Assembly (NCBI GenBank): GCA_964590595.1
Contig: CAZPXQ010000003.1
Span: forward strand, 71,357 to 135,356
Direction of reading: 5' to 3'
Source of the DNA: an uncultured Sphingomonadales bacterium
GTDB taxonomy: Bacteria; Pseudomonadota; Alphaproteobacteria; Sphingomonadales; CAKZYD01
Length of the DNA stretch: 64,000 nucleotides
Position numbers and translations under genes: made by a program. How positions within the stretch are numbered: position 1 is the first letter of the stretch; each line of letters opens with the position of its first letter. The notes under the pieces were generated by a model. That model was not told the origin of the DNA. It did no database searches and saw only the letters and a program-made list of their open reading frames with translations. Positions 53,012 through 64,000 of the stretch are shown here, one piece after another.

Positions 53012-53299
53012 ATGTCGATCGATGCCGCGACGGTGCGCCGGATCGCCCATCTGGCCCGCATTCGCCTCAATGAAGAAGACGTTGCCCCATTGGCGACCGA
53101 ACTCAATCAAATTCTCGGATGGGTCGAGCAATTGAGCGCGGTCGACACCGCCGATGTGCCGGCGATGACCAGCGTGGTTGACGCCAAGGCGTTTCAGCGT
53201 GTCGATGAGGTGCGCGATGGCAATCAGCCCGACGCGGTGCTGGCCAATGCGCCGCGCGCGGAATTCGGATTTTTTGGCGTGCCGAAGGTGATTGAATAG
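53012..53299 (+). CDS. gatC: Asp/Glu-tRNA amidotransferase subunit C
   Basis: VRRIAHLARI, VLANAP..FFGVPKVIE. Confidence 0.96.
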   Translation: MSIDAATVRRIAHLARIRLNEEDVAPLATELNQILGWVEQLSAVDTADVPAMTSVVDAKAFQRVDEVRDGNQPDAVLANAPRAEFGFFGVPKVIE

Positions 53300-53302
53300 C
53301 TC

Positions 53303-54796
53303 ATGAGCGCGTTGACGGAACTTTCCATCGCCGCCGCCCGCGATGGCTTGGCGAAAGGCGAATTCACCGCGGTCGAACTGGCCGAAGCGCATGTCGCGGC
53401 GATGGCGGCGGCACGGCCGCTGAATGCCTATATCACCGAGACGCCGGAACTGGCGATCGAACAGGCCAAGGCGGCGGACGCGCGGCTGAAAACCGGCAAT
53501 GCCACCGGCATGACCGGCATTCCCATTGCCATGAAGGACCTGTTTTGCACCAAGAATGTGCAAACCACTGCCGCCAGTCATATTCTGGAAGGCTTCAAGC
53601 CACCTTATGAATCGACCGTTTCCGCCAATTTGGCGGCGGCCGGCGCGGTGACGCTGGGCAAGGCCAATCTGGATGAATTCGCCATGGGTTCGTCCAATGA
53701 AACCTCGTATTACGGCAAGGTGCAGAGCCCCTGGCGGGTGGCTGGCGACAGCCGGGCGCTGGTGCCGGGTGGCTCGTCCGGTGGGTCGGCGGCGGCGGTG
53801 GCGGCGCGGGCCGCGATTGCGGCAACCGGCACCGACACCGGCGGTTCGATTCGCCAGCCGGCGGCTTTTACCGGCACAGTGGGGCTGAAACCCACTTATG
53901 GCCGCTGTTCGCGCTGGGGCATCGTTGCCTTTGCCTCGTCCCTGGATCAGGCGGGGCCGATCACCCGCAGCGTGCGTGACGCCGCCATCATGCTGAAGGC
54001 GATGGCGGGCCATGACCCCAAGGATTCAACCAGTGTCGACAAGCCGGTGCCCCATTATGAAGCCGCCTTGGGACAAGGCGTGAAGGGCCTGAAAATCGGC
54101 ATTCCCAAGGAATATCGGGTCGACGGCATGGATGATGAAATCACCCGGCTATGGCAACAAGGCGCGGATTGGCTGCGCCAGGCCGGCGCCCAAATCGTCG
54201 AGATCAGCCTGCCGCACACCCAATATGCGCTGCCGACCTATTATATCGTTGCTCCGGCCGAGGCTTCGTCCAACCTCGCCCGCTATGACGGTGTGCGCTA
54301 TGGCCAGCGGGTAATGCCGGAGGGCGGCAGCCTGGTTGACATGTATGAAGCCACCCGCGCGGCCGGTTTCGGCGCGGAAGTGCGCCGCCGTATCATGATT
54401 GGCACCTATGTGCTTTCCGCTGGTTATTACGAGGCTTATTATCACAAAGCGCAGCAGGTCCGCACCTTGATCGCGCGGGATTTCGCGACCGCGTTCCAAT
54501 CGGTGGATGCGATCTTGACGCCGACGGCACCCAGCCCGGCCTTCGCCATTGGCGCCAACAGCCAGGACCCGATCGCGATGTATTTGAACGACGTGTTCAC
54601 GGTGCCCGCCAGTTTGGCCGGGCTGCCGGGGCTGTCGGTGCCAGCGGGGCTGTCGGCCAATGGTTTGCCCTTAGGCCTGCAACTGATTGGCCGCGCATTT
54701 GACGAGGACATGTTGATCCGGGTTGGCGGCGTGCTGGAGGAGGCCGCCGCGTTCACCGCCCAACCCAGCCCCTGGTGGCGGGAGGCCGGCCAATGA
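53303..54796 (+). CDS. gatA: Asp/Glu-tRNA amidotransferase subunit A
   Basis: [36 protein letters not shown]. Confidence 0.97.
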   Translation: MSALTELSIAAARDGLAKGEFTAVELAEAHVAAMAAARPLNAYITETPELAIEQAKAADARLKTGNATGMTGIPIAMKDLFCTKNVQTTAASHILEGFKPPYESTVSANLAAAGAVTLGKANLDEFAMGSSNETSYYGKVQSPWRVAGDSRALVPGGSSGGSAAAVAARAAIAATGTDTGGSIRQPAAFTGTVGLKPTYGRCSRWGIVAFASSLDQAGPITRSVRDAAIMLKAMAGHDPKDSTSVDKPVPHYEAALGQGVKGLKIGIPKEYRVDGMDDEITRLWQQGADWLRQAGAQIVEISLPHTQYALPTYYIVAPAEASSNLARYDGVRYGQRVMPEGGSLVDMYEATRAAGFGAEVRRRIMIGTYVLSAGYYEAYYHKAQQVRTLIARDFATAFQSVDAILTPTAPSPAFAIGANSQDPIAMYLNDVFTVPASLAGLPGLSVPAGLSANGLPLGLQLIGRAFDEDMLIRVGGVLEEAAAFTAQPSPWWREAGQ

Positions 54797-56286
54797 GTGC
54801 GCATAAGCCTTATCGCGTCCAAGGCGTGACCGGTGACTGGGAAGTGGTGATCGGCATGGAAGTGCATGCCCAGGTCATTTCCAAGTCGAAGCTGTTTTCG
54901 GGCGCCTCCACCACCTTTGGCGGCGCGCCCAACGCCAATGTGTCGTTCATCGACGGGGGCTTTCCGGGCATGCTGCCGGTGATCAACCGCGAATGCGTGC
55001 GCCAAGCGGTGCGCACAGGCCTGGCGCTGGGTGCGCAAATCAATAAATGGTCGCGTTTTGACCGCAAGAATTATTTCTATCCCGATTTGCCGCAAGGCTA
55101 TCAGATCAGCCAGTTCAAATACCCGGTAGTCGGCGAAGGCGAAGTGGTGCTGGACCTTGACGATGGCGCCAGCAAAACGGTGGGGATTGAGCGCATTCAT
55201 TTGGAGCAGGACGCCGGCAAATCGCTGCACGATCAGCACCCGACCCTGACCCTAGTCGATCTCAACCGCTCCGGCGTCGCGCTGATGGAGATCGTGTCGA
55301 AGCCGGATATGCGCTCGCCGGCCGAGGCCGGGGCTTATTTGCGTAAGCTGCGCACCATTCTGCGCTATATCGGCACTTGCGATGGCAATATGGAAGAAGG
55401 CTCGATGCGGGCCGATGTTAATGTGTCGGTGCGCAAGCCGGGCGCGGCGCTGGGTACCCGTTGCGAGATCAAGAATGTCAATTCCATCCGTTTTGTGCAG
55501 ATGGCGGTGGAATATGAAGCCCGGCGCCAGGTCGATTTAATCGAAGCTGGCCAGCAGGTGGTACAGGAAACCCGGCTGTTCGACCCCGGCAAAGGTGAGA
55601 CCCGGTCGATGCGCTCGAAGGAAGAAGCGCATGATTACCGTTATTTCCCCGATCCCGACTTGCTGCCGTTGGAATTGGAGGACAGCTTTATCGCCGATGC
55701 TCGCGCCAGCTTGCCGGAATTGCCGGACGAGAAAAAAGCCCGGTTCGAAACGCATTTAGGTCTCAGTGCCTATGCCGCCGCCGTACTGACGGTGGAAAAG
55801 GAAAGCGCCGATTATTTTGACGCGCTATTGGCGGCGCTGGCCAAGCAGGCGGCCAAGACGCAAGCTGCGGTCGCGCGCCAGGCCGCCAATTGGGTGACCT
55901 CCGACCTGTTCGGCGCGCTCAATAAGGCGGGCAAGAGCGTGTCCGAAAGCCCAGTGTCGCCGGAACAAGGCGCCGAACTCCTGGCCTTGCAAGACGAAGG
56001 CGTGATTTCCGGTCGGATTGCCAAGGACGTGTTCGAGATCATGTTCGAAACCGGCCAGGGTGCGGCCCAAATCGTCGAGGAAAAGGGCCTCAAGCAAGTG
56101 TCCGACACCGGCGAATTGGAAGCCATCATCGCCAAGGTGTTGGCCGACAATCCAGACAATGTCGCGGCGTTCAAGGGCGGCAAGGACAAGCTGCTGGGCT
56201 TTTTCGTCGGCCAGGTGATGAAGGCGACCGGCGGCAAGGCCAATCCGACGCTGGTCAATGACCTGCTGCGAAAGGCGCTGAGCTGA
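54793..56286 (+). CDS. gatB: Asp/Glu-tRNA amidotransferase subunit B
   Basis: [36 protein letters not shown]; ATGA overlap with gatA. Confidence 0.97.
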   Translation: MSAHKPYRVQGVTGDWEVVIGMEVHAQVISKSKLFSGASTTFGGAPNANVSFIDGGFPGMLPVINRECVRQAVRTGLALGAQINKWSRFDRKNYFYPDLPQGYQISQFKYPVVGEGEVVLDLDDGASKTVGIERIHLEQDAGKSLHDQHPTLTLVDLNRSGVALMEIVSKPDMRSPAEAGAYLRKLRTILRYIGTCDGNMEEGSMRADVNVSVRKPGAALGTRCEIKNVNSIRFVQMAVEYEARRQVDLIEAGQQVVQETRLFDPGKGETRSMRSKEEAHDYRYFPDPDLLPLELEDSFIADARASLPELPDEKKARFETHLGLSAYAAAVLTVEKESADYFDALLAALAKQAAKTQAAVARQAANWVTSDLFGALNKAGKSVSESPVSPEQGAELLALQDEGVISGRIAKDVFEIMFETGQGAAQIVEEKGLKQVSDTGELEAIIAKVLADNPDNVAAFKGGKDKLLGFFVGQVMKATGGKANPTLVNDLLRKALS

Positions 56287-56312
56287 CACCGCCAGCGGCC
56301 TTTGGCGGACTG

Positions 56313-56870
56313 GTGATGGCAGGGGGCCGCTCGGCCCGCATGGGCCGCGACAAGGCGGCCTTGGACTGGCACGGCGTGAGCCTGCTTCAACATATGAAGA
56401 CCGTGTTGGCCCAGTCTGGCGCCAACCCGGTTTGGGCGGGCGGTGGTGGTTATGATCTGCCCGACCTGGTCGCTGACGCCGGACCGGTGTCCAGCTTGTG
56501 CGCCTTGGCGGCGGCGGTGACGGCACAGCGCCTGCCCGACACTTGGCTGATCACGCCGGTCGACATGCCCTTGCTGACACCCGCGATGTTGCGGCGGCTG
56601 CTGGAGGGCGGCGCTCAGGCCGCGCATTTTAGCGGCCAGCCCTTGCCTTTGCGGTTGCGGTTCGATGATAGCCTCAAAGCGGCCAGCGCGGCCATAGCCG
56701 CGCGCCTGGTCGCCGGCGAAAGTGTCGCCATCCGCAGCCTGCTCGATTGCGTGCAGACATCGGTGCTGGCACCAACGCCGGACGAAGCCGCGTGCCTGGT
56801 TGGCGCCAATACCGAAGCGGAATTCGCCGCGCTCAGGACACCGCCGCCAAAATTTCCTTCAGCGGAATAG
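56313..56870 (+). CDS. mobA: MobA-like molybdenum cofactor guanylyltransferase
   Basis: AGGRSARMGRDKA, DAGP, PVDMPLL; true start may be CTG at 56283. Confidence 0.75.
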   Translation: MMAGGRSARMGRDKAALDWHGVSLLQHMKTVLAQSGANPVWAGGGGYDLPDLVADAGPVSSLCALAAAVTAQRLPDTWLITPVDMPLLTPAMLRRLLEGGAQAAHFSGQPLPLRLRFDDSLKAASAAIAARLVAGESVAIRSLLDCVQTSVLAPTPDEAACLVGANTEAEFAALRTPPPKFPSAE

Positions 56871-58059
56871 ATGCATCGGCCAATTGGTCGGCGGGCAACA
56901 CCTGTTTGCTGGCGATCAAATTGCGCGCGCCCATATGATCGGCGGGTGAATTGACACAGTCCGAGGCAATCATCCGCCCCGCCCGCAGATAGAATACCGC
57001 GAATTTTCGATGCGCCATATTACCACGCACGACAATTTCGTCATAGCCCTCAAGCAAGCCATGGGTGAGCAATTTAAGGTCATATTGATCCGACCAAAAG
57101 CTGGGCACGCCATGCCAGGGCACGGGTTTGCCGCAAATGTCGAGGGCCGCCGCCTTGGCTTGCTCAACCGCATTCTGGACCGACTCCAGGCGGACCCTGC
57201 GTTCATATAAGGTATTGAAATGATTGGCGACATCGCCGGCGGCGTAAATGTCGGCATCATCGGTGCGGGAATTGGCGTCAACCCAGATGCCATTGTCGCA
57301 GTAGAGCCCGGCCTCGGCGGCGATTTCCTGGTTTGGCACCACGCCGATGCCGACAATGACCAGATTGGCCGCGATTTTCTCGCCATCCTTCAGCACCGCA
57401 TGACTGACCGCGCCAGCGCCTTCAAAATGCGACAAGCCGGCGGAGAGGCGGATATCGACCCCGGCGGCGCGATGATAATCTTGATAATATTCCGATATCA
57501 GCGGGCTAGAGACCCGCGCCAAGACCCGGTCGGCGGCTTCGATCACGGTCACCTTCATGCCGTTCTTGACCGCCACGGCGGCGACCTCAAGGCCGATATA
57601 GCCGGCGCCGACGATGGCGATGGATTCGCTGTTGGCGAAATGCGGCTTGATCCGCTCGACATCGTCAATGCCGCGCAGGCTAAAAATATTCCCCAAATCC
57701 GCGCCGGCCACCGGCAATAGCCGTGGCCGGGTGCCGGTGGCGATGATCAGCTTGCTATAGGCCAGCGTTTCACCATCGGCCAGCCGCACGGTTTTGCCAG
57801 CACGATCGATGGCGACGACCCGCGCGTCTGTGCGGCAGGTGATGGCCTTGGTTTCGTAAAAATTTTCCGGCCGCAGGAACAAGCGGGACAATTCCAGCTT
57901 GCCGGCCAGGAAATCCTTGGACAAGGGCGGCCGCTGATAGGGCAGATAGGGTTCTTCGCCCAAGATCAGCACTTCGCCGTCATAACCGCTTTGACGCAAG
58001 CTGATAGCCGCTTGGCCCCCGGCATGGCCGGCGCCAATGATGATAATACGTTCGTTCAC
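56833..58059 (-). CDS. Ferredoxin reductase (putidaredoxin reductase-like FAD/NADH oxidoreductase)
   Basis: GAGHAG, YQRPPLSK, GAGYIGLE, RLESVQNA, FWSDQYD. Confidence 0.9.
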   Translation of the reverse strand: MNERIIIIGAGHAGGQAAISLRQSGYDGEVLILGEEPYLPYQRPPLSKDFLAGKLELSRLFLRPENFYETKAITCRTDARVVAIDRAGKTVRLADGETLAYSKLIIATGTRPRLLPVAGADLGNIFSLRGIDDVERIKPHFANSESIAIVGAGYIGLEVAAVAVKNGMKVTVIEAADRVLARVSSPLISEYYQDYHRAAGVDIRLSAGLSHFEGAGAVSHAVLKDGEKIAANLVIVGIGVVPNQEIAAEAGLYCDNGIWVDANSRTDDADIYAAGDVANHFNTLYERRVRLESVQNAVEQAKAAALDICGKPVPWHGVPSFWSDQYDLKLLTHGLLEGYDEIVVRGNMAHRKFAVFYLRAGRMIASDCVNSPADHMGARNLIASKQVLPADQLADASIPLKEILAAVS

Positions 58060-58138
58060 CCCATGACCCCCACTTGATCTTCTGTTCGGGCCCCAGTCCT
58101 AAATGTCGCGGCGGTTTGCCGCAATCCCGCAATTTGCC

Positions 58139-58426
58139 TCAGCCCGCGTCACCGGCCGCTTCCTCCGGGCTGTGGGCGCTGATCGAAAGGGCGTGCACCC
58201 GCTCGGCCAATTCCTCGGCAAGGACTTGATAAACTTGGCGTTGCCGGGCGACCCGGTTTTGATCAGCAAAGGCATCGGCGACGATTTCGACGCGGAAATG
58301 CGTTTCGCCGCCAGGCCGGTGGCCGGCGTGGCCGGCGTGCAAATGACTTTGGTCTTCCACCACCAAGCGGCTGGGCGCGAAGGCGGCATTTAATTTCGAT
58401 TCGATACGTTTGGCCATGCCGGTCAT
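58139..58426 (-). CDS. bolA: BolA-family protein
   Basis: SHLHAGH, ETHF, RVARQRQVY, VHALSI. Confidence 0.92.
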   Translation of the reverse strand: MTGMAKRIESKLNAAFAPSRLVVEDQSHLHAGHAGHRPGGETHFRVEIVADAFADQNRVARQRQVYQVLAEELAERVHALSISAHSPEEAAGDAG

Positions 58427-58511
58427 GGAAAAGCTCTTTTCGATTGACTAGATTAACAGTGGATCAGCCCTATTGTGGTAATGGAAAACAGCCGCCGGCA
58501 AAAGACTTGAG

Positions 58512-59102
58512 ATGACGACTGCAAGACGCAAACCCAATCGCTTTCACGGCCGTATCGAACATGCGGACGGGCGGTTGTGCGCCAAGCCGGGCTGCAGCCA
58601 ATTGGGTGAATTTCGCGCCCCGCGCGGCCCGCTGGCGGGACCTAATAATTATGACTGGCTGTGCTTGGAGCATGTCCGGCTGCACAATGAAAGTTGGAAT
58701 TATTTTAATGGCTTAAGTCCAGAGGCGGCGACTCGGGTCAACGATCCCTATGGGGTGTGGGACCGCCCAACCTGGCCGCGCCATGGCCATGCCGGGGGGC
58801 CGGCAGCGGATCCCGAACTGATCGATTTGGCGCATTTGTTCGCTGATTATCCGGGCCTGCGGCGATTTGCCGAAAAACCAGCCGCCGCCAAGGCGCGGCA
58901 GCCCCTTAGCGCGGCGGAGCGGGCGGCGCTGCGTGAGCTTGAGCTTGACGAATCCGCCACGGCACAAGACATAAAGTGGCGCTATAAGGCGCTGCTCAAA
59001 CGCTATCACCCCGATACCAATGGTGGCGATCGGTCGGGAGAGCGTCGTTTGCAACGCATTATCGGGGCTTATCAGCGACTTGCCGGCATCGCCGCCCGCT
59101 GA
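58512..59102 (+). CDS. J-domain (DnaJ-like) protein
   Basis: CLEHVR..N N-terminal motif; C-terminal J domain with HPD. Confidence 0.9.
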   Translation: MTTARRKPNRFHGRIEHADGRLCAKPGCSQLGEFRAPRGPLAGPNNYDWLCLEHVRLHNESWNYFNGLSPEAATRVNDPYGVWDRPTWPRHGHAGGPAADPELIDLAHLFADYPGLRRFAEKPAAAKARQPLSAAERAALRELELDESATAQDIKWRYKALLKRYHPDTNGGDRSGERRLQRIIGAYQRLAGIAAR

Positions 59103-59145
59103 CCCACCCAAGCGCAACCGCCAGAGTGAATTAAAAGGATAGGGA

Positions 59146-60156
59146 ATGACCGCTGAACCCGCGACCTTGAGGGCGCACAAAGACGCTGGCATGACGCCGG
59201 ACCGCAGCATATCGGTGCGCGAGGTGTTCGGCATCGACAGCGACATGGAGGTGCCGGCCTTCGCCGAGCGCAATGATTATGTCCCCGATGTCGATGACGC
59301 CTATGTCTTCGACCCGATGACCACCTTGGCGATCTTGGCGGGTTTTAAGTTCAACCGTCGGGTGTTGGTGCAGGGCTATCATGGCACCGGCAAATCGACT
59401 CATATCGAGCAAGTGGCGGCGCGTCTCAACTGGCCATGCGTGCGTGTCAATCTGGACAGCCATATCAGCCGCATCGACCTGGTCGGCAAGGATGTGATCG
59501 TGCTTAAGGATGGCAAGCAGATCACCGAATTTCAGGAAGGGATTTTGCCCTGGGCGCTGCAAACGCCGACGGCGCTGGTGTTCGATGAATATGACGCTGG
59601 GCGCCCCGATGTGATGTTCGTGATCCAGCGGGTGCTGGAAGTGGAAGGCAAGCTCACCCTGCTCGATCAAAACAGGGTCATTCGACCCAATCCCTGGTTC
59701 CGGCTGTTCGCCACCACGAATACCGTGGGATTGGGCGACACCACCGGGCTGTATCACGGCACCCAGCAAATCAACCAAGGCCAGATGGACCGCTGGAATA
59801 TCGTTGTCACCTTGAATTATCTGCCGTTCGACACCGAAAAGGAAATCGTCCTCGCCAAGGCGACCCATTATCAAAACCCCGAGGGTGAAAAGACCATCGG
59901 CGCTATGATCCGGCTGGCCGAATTGACCCGCCAAGGCTTCATCAATGGCGATTTGTCGACGGTGATGAGCCCCCGCACAGTCATCACATGGGCGCAGAAT
60001 GCGGAGATTTTCGGCAATGTGGGCTTTGCCTTCCGCGTTACCTTCCTAAACAAATGCGACGAGGCCGAACGACCGCTGGTGGCGGAATATTATCAACGCT
60101 GCTTTGGCGAGGATTTGCCGGAATCCGCCGTCGCCATGGCCCAGACGCAAGCCTAG
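59146..60156 (+). CDS. cobS: Cobaltochelatase subunit CobS (AAA+)
   Basis: [32 protein letters not shown]. Confidence 0.95.
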   Translation: MTAEPATLRAHKDAGMTPDRSISVREVFGIDSDMEVPAFAERNDYVPDVDDAYVFDPMTTLAILAGFKFNRRVLVQGYHGTGKSTHIEQVAARLNWPCVRVNLDSHISRIDLVGKDVIVLKDGKQITEFQEGILPWALQTPTALVFDEYDAGRPDVMFVIQRVLEVEGKLTLLDQNRVIRPNPWFRLFATTNTVGLGDTTGLYHGTQQINQGQMDRWNIVVTLNYLPFDTEKEIVLAKATHYQNPEGEKTIGAMIRLAELTRQGFINGDLSTVMSPRTVITWAQNAEIFGNVGFAFRVTFLNKCDEAERPLVAEYYQRCFGEDLPESAVAMAQTQA

Positions 60157-60174
60157 GGGCGGACTGTACACGCT

Positions 60175-62049
60175 GTGGCCGGAGCCGACAAAAACCCAGT
60201 CGAGCCGTTTCGCGAAGCCGTTAAGGCGGCGATGCGGGCGCTTGCCCGGGATAAGGACCTGGAAGTCAGCTTCAGCGCCGACAAGCCGGGGCTATCCGGC
60301 CATAGTGCGCGATTGCCACAACCGGCGCGGCGGATGCCGGCAGAGCAAGTCGGCCAAATTCGCGGTATGTCGGACGCCATGGCGCTACGGCTACGCCATC
60401 ACGACGCTGTCACCCATGCCCGCCTGCAACCCTCTTCCGGCGCTGCGCGGGAAATTTTCGACGCCATGGAGCAGGCCAGGGTGGAAGCGATTGGCGCCCG
60501 CGACATGGCTGGCGTTGCCGGCAATTTGCGCCAGGCGCTGGTGCAGCGCTGCCGCGATGCTGGGCTGGAAAATGCCAAGGTGGCTGACGATGTGCCGTTG
60601 CCCACCGCGCTGGCGTTGTTGGCGCGTGAACGTATGACTGGCGAGGCGCCCCCGGCCAATGCCGTTGCGGCGGTCGATATGCTGCGCCCCTGGGTCGAGG
60701 ATCGCGCCGGCGCGCAACTCGACAGTCTGTTGGCGGCTGGCGACGATCAAGGTCATTTCGCCGAGGCGGCACGGCGAATCATCCGCGATCTCGATATCGA
60801 GGAATACACTGAGCAGGAAGAAACAGAGACCGAACCTGAAGCTGAACAAGACGAACAGGATCAACAAAGCGAAAGCAGCGAGGATGCGGCGCAAGAAGGC
60901 GAGGGCGCTGACGATCAGGATCAGTCGGCGCAGCCCGCCAGCGAAGGCGCCGACCAACAAGGCGAGGGCGATGGCGGCGAGACCACCGCCGAACTGGCCG
61001 AGGACAGCCATGAGGGCGAGATGGGCGAGGAATCGCCGCAAGGGCTTAGCCCCAACCGGCCCAATCGCGCGCCTTTCAACGCCCCGCCCGATTTCGCCTA
61101 TCGCGCCTTCACCACCGCCTATGATGAAATCATCGCTGCCGAGGATTTGTGCGATACAGAGGAATTGACCCGGCTGCGCGGCTATTTGGATCAGCAATTG
61201 GTGCATCTGCAGGGTGCGGTCACCAAATTGGCCAATCGCCTGCAACGGCGGCTAATGGCGCAACAAAACCGCAGTTGGGAATTCGACCTGCAAGAAGGCT
61301 TGCTGGACGCGGCCAGGCTGTCCCGCGTGGTGGCCAACCCGCTGCACCCATTGTCGTTCAAATGGGAGCAGGACGCCGATTTCCGCGACACCGTGGTCAC
61401 CCTGCTGATCGACAATTCAGGCTCCATGCGCGGCCGGCCAATTTCAATTGCGGCGATTTGCGCCGACATCTTGACCCGGACCTTGGAGCGTTGCGGGGTC
61501 AAAACCGAGATTTTGGGCTTTACCACCCGCGCTTGGAAGGGTGGGCAATCGCGCGAGGCCTGGATCGCCGCCGGCAAGCCAGCACAGCCCGGCCGGCTGA
61601 ATGATTTGCGTCATATCGTCTACAAGGCCGCCGATGCACCCTGGCGGCGGGCGCGCCGCAATTTGGGCTTAATGATGCGCGAAGGTCTATTGAAGGAAAA
61701 CATCGACGGCGAAGCGCTGCTATGGGCGCATCATCGTTTGATTGGACGGCCCGAGGAGCGGCGGATATTGATGGTGATTTCCGACGGCGCGCCAGTGGAC
61801 GATTCCACATTGTCGGTGAATTCCGGCTCTTATCTGGAACGCCATTTGCGGCAAGTGATTGCATGGATCGAGACCCGTTCGCCGGTGGAACTGCTAGCGA
61901 TCGGCATTGGCCATGATGTCAGCCGTTATTATAGCCGCGCCGTCACCTTGGTCGACGCGGAACAACTTGGCGGCGCGATGACCGAACAACTGGCGGCGCT
62001 GTTCGACACCCAGTCGGCGCCCAAATTGGCGCGTCGCAGGCGGGCCTGA
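60175..62049 (+). CDS. cobT: Cobaltochelatase subunit CobT (vWA)
   Basis: Acidic linker, [32 protein letters not shown]. Confidence 0.95.
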   Translation: MAGADKNPVEPFREAVKAAMRALARDKDLEVSFSADKPGLSGHSARLPQPARRMPAEQVGQIRGMSDAMALRLRHHDAVTHARLQPSSGAAREIFDAMEQARVEAIGARDMAGVAGNLRQALVQRCRDAGLENAKVADDVPLPTALALLARERMTGEAPPANAVAAVDMLRPWVEDRAGAQLDSLLAAGDDQGHFAEAARRIIRDLDIEEYTEQEETETEPEAEQDEQDQQSESSEDAAQEGEGADDQDQSAQPASEGADQQGEGDGGETTAELAEDSHEGEMGEESPQGLSPNRPNRAPFNAPPDFAYRAFTTAYDEIIAAEDLCDTEELTRLRGYLDQQLVHLQGAVTKLANRLQRRLMAQQNRSWEFDLQEGLLDAARLSRVVANPLHPLSFKWEQDADFRDTVVTLLIDNSGSMRGRPISIAAICADILTRTLERCGVKTEILGFTTRAWKGGQSREAWIAAGKPAQPGRLNDLRHIVYKAADAPWRRARRNLGLMMREGLLKENIDGEALLWAHHRLIGRPEERRILMVISDGAPVDDSTLSVNSGSYLERHLRQVIAWIETRSPVELLAIGIGHDVSRYYSRAVTLVDAEQLGGAMTEQLAALFDTQSAPKLARRRRA

Positions 62050-63111
62050 ATGCGCTGGCCGGCCAAGCTGTTGTTGGTGCTGGCCTGTATTGGCATCACC
62101 CCGGCCGAGGCCAAAAGCCCGCGCCAAGATATCATCGCCCTGACCATCACCGCCAAGCCGATGCCCTTGGACCCAACCCAGCCGAAGCAGGACCGGGTCG
62201 GCGCCCTGCTTTATCGAGGCGGTTTGGAGCTGCACGCCGACTCACCGCTGTTTGGCGGGCTGTCTGGCCTGGCGCTGTCACCGGAAGGCAAGACCCTGGT
62301 GGCGGTGTCGGACACCGGTTATTGGTTCATCGCCGATCTGGTGTTGGACGAGGACGGCCTGTTGGTCGGGCTGGACAAGGCGGTGATGGCCGATCTGTTG
62401 CGGCCAGACGGGCTGGCGCATCAAGGCCGCGCCTTGTCGGACGCGGAAGCGTTGGCGATCGATTATCGGCGCGGCGTGGTCTATGTGGCGTTTGAAAATC
62501 GTCACCGCATCTGGGCCTATGATTTCAACCCGTATCGCGACATGCGGCAATTGCTGCGCACGCCGGCGCGGGCGATCGACGACAAGGGCGCATTGGCCAA
62601 GCAACCGGGCAATGGCGGTGTCGAGGCCTTGTGTTGGGTCGAGGGCGAGGGGCTGGTGGCGTTGTCGGAAGAACATGGCGACGGTGCCGGCGGCCGCGCT
62701 GGCTGGCTGTTCCAGTCCGGGCGGCCGATGGTGCTGCGTTATGACGCGCCGTTGCCTTATGTGCCAACCGATGCCGCCGCGCTGCCTGGCGGCAAGGCGC
62801 TGATCTTGAACCGCCAGGCCAGTTGGTTGTCGGGTTTCGCGGCCAAGCTTGTGCTGGCGCAAATGCCTGTCTTCGAACCAGGCGCGCAAATCAGTGGCGA
62901 AGTCATCGCGGAATTTGGCGGCAGCGTGATCAGCGACAATTTTGAAGGCATCGCCGCTTGGCAAGACCGCGACGGCGACATTGCCGTCTACATGGTCTCA
63001 GACGACAATTACAACCCGCTGCAGCGCAATCTATTGTTGAAATTTCTGCTCAAGCCAGAGGACGACCAGTTCGAGAAGCTGGTCGGCCCGCCGGCTAAGC
63101 TGTTTCGCTGA
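62050..63111 (+). CDS. Esterase-like activity of phytase family protein
   Basis: FGGLSG, SDTG, DAEAL, DNFEGI, VSDDNY..QRNLL. Confidence 0.85.
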   Translation: MRWPAKLLLVLACIGITPAEAKSPRQDIIALTITAKPMPLDPTQPKQDRVGALLYRGGLELHADSPLFGGLSGLALSPEGKTLVAVSDTGYWFIADLVLDEDGLLVGLDKAVMADLLRPDGLAHQGRALSDAEALAIDYRRGVVYVAFENRHRIWAYDFNPYRDMRQLLRTPARAIDDKGALAKQPGNGGVEALCWVEGEGLVALSEEHGDGAGGRAGWLFQSGRPMVLRYDAPLPYVPTDAAALPGGKALILNRQASWLSGFAAKLVLAQMPVFEPGAQISGEVIAEFGGSVISDNFEGIAAWQDRDGDIAVYMVSDDNYNPLQRNLLLKFLLKPEDDQFEKLVGPPAKLFR

Positions 63112-63400
63112 CTGCCGCTTTTTGACGCGATTTGGCGATCTGCCGCTTCAGGCGTCGCGCCTTCAACGACAGCTTTTCATCGCGCGCCTTCATCAGGAAA
63201 TTGTCCAGCCCGCCATTATGCTCGACCGAACGCAGGGCGTTGGTGGAAATGCGCAGCCGCACCGACTGGCCCAAGGCATCGCTCAACAAACTGGTCTGCA
63301 CCAGATTGGGCAAAAACCGACGCCTCGTCTTATTGTTGGCGTGAGAGACTTTATTGCCAGTCAGAACGCCCTTGCCGGTCAATTCGCAAACCCGTGACAT
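63095..63400 (-). CDS. rpmB: 50S ribosomal protein L28
   Basis: [32 protein letters not shown]. Confidence 0.97.
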   Translation of the reverse strand: MSRVCELTGKGVLTGNKVSHANNKTRRRFLPNLVQTSLLSDALGQSVRLRISTNALRSVEHNGGLDNFLMKARDEKLSLKARRLKRQIAKSRQKAAVSETA

Positions 63401-63506
63401 GTCTTGTCCTTTAATTCCGTATCCCAGTGGGCGGATGAACCGGCGCAGGCACCTTGCTGCGGCGCCGCGCCCCATCAAGGCGCCCAACCAAGCCAATGAG
63501 CGCTGG

Positions 63507-63535
63507 CCTATACTGGAAGGACCGCATCAGGTCAA
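63507..63535 (-). promoter_or_regulatory. Sigma70 promoter for rpmB
   Basis: TTGACC-N17-TATAGG. Confidence 0.6.
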
Positions 63536-64000
63536 GTCGCGCGGGCCTTCAAACAAGGTCAATAACCGCTCCGCGGCGGCGCCGGGCGGTTCGCGGCCAC
63601 TGCCGACCGCTTGTTCGAGCGGCGCCAGGGCGGCGGCAACGGCGGGATGGCCGCGGAACCGGGCTTGCAACCGGTCCTCAATCTCGGTCCACATCCAGGC
63701 TTTGGCTTGTTCTTGGCGGCGGCGCTCAAATTCGCCGGCCTGATCCATGGCGGCGCCAAAATCGGCGACCTGGCCCCAAATGTCGTCTAGGCCCATGCCG
63801 GTCAATGCCGAAGCCAGCAGCACCTTGGGCGCCCAGGCCGGGGATTTCGGCCGGATCAATTGCAGCGCCAGGCGATATTCCGACTGTGCCCGTTTCGCTG
63901 CCGCCGTCAGTTCGCCATCGGCCTTGTTGACGATCACCAGGTCCGCCAATTCCATGATGCCGCGCTTAATGCCTTGCAGTTCATCGCCGCCGCCCGGCGA
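63527..64000 (-). CDS. meaB: Methylmalonyl-CoA mutase-associated GTPase MeaB (5' part outside the window)
   Basis: GGDELQGIKRGIMELADLVIVNKADG; C-terminal RRRQEQAKAWMW. Confidence 0.9.
   Translation of the reverse strand, partial: SPGGGDELQGIKRGIMELADLVIVNKADGELTAAAKRAQSEYRLALQLIRPKSPAWAPKVLLASALTGMGLDDIWGQVADFGAAMDQAGEFERRRQEQAKAWMWTEIEDRLQARFRGHPAVAAALAPLEQAVGSGREPPGAAAERLLTLFEGPRDLT

Noticed and set aside
60800-61060. Low-complexity acidic stretch
   Set aside because: Normal CobT acidic linker, not a repeat array

Overview
High-GC alphaproteobacterial chromosome segment; a Sphingomonadales-like lineage is suggested by the shortened, His-less PyrC and the gene order (inference). Most of it is core genome: rluD, rsmD, rluB, tadA, mscS, an ABC/MFP exporter, gshA, rsmE, ubiA-ubiD, tldD/pmbA, xseA, purD, a complete aa3 cytochrome c oxidase operon with a RegR/RegA-type box upstream, thrC, plsY-pyrC'-pyrB-ruvX, gatCAB, bolA-J-cobST, rpmB and meaB. 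No rRNA, tRNA, CRISPR array, transposase or integrase was recognised. Two accessory elements stand out. (1) A ~10 kb gene cluster (40.7-50.5 kb) between ruvX and gatC encodes a cytochrome P450, a TonB-dependent receptor, an FMN oxidase of the alpha-hydroxy-acid oxidase fold whose carboxylate-binding residues are replaced (MftD-like SNHGGN motif), a RutA/SfnG-like flavin monooxygenase, an AraC regulator and an Fe-S old-yellow-enzyme reductase. It looks like an uptake-and-oxidation pathway for an unknown, possibly N-heterocyclic, compound. (2) An orphan ~1218-aa exported protein has three internally repeated domains and a nested 12-cysteine helical insert. All product calls come from motif recognition by eye; no database searches were run.
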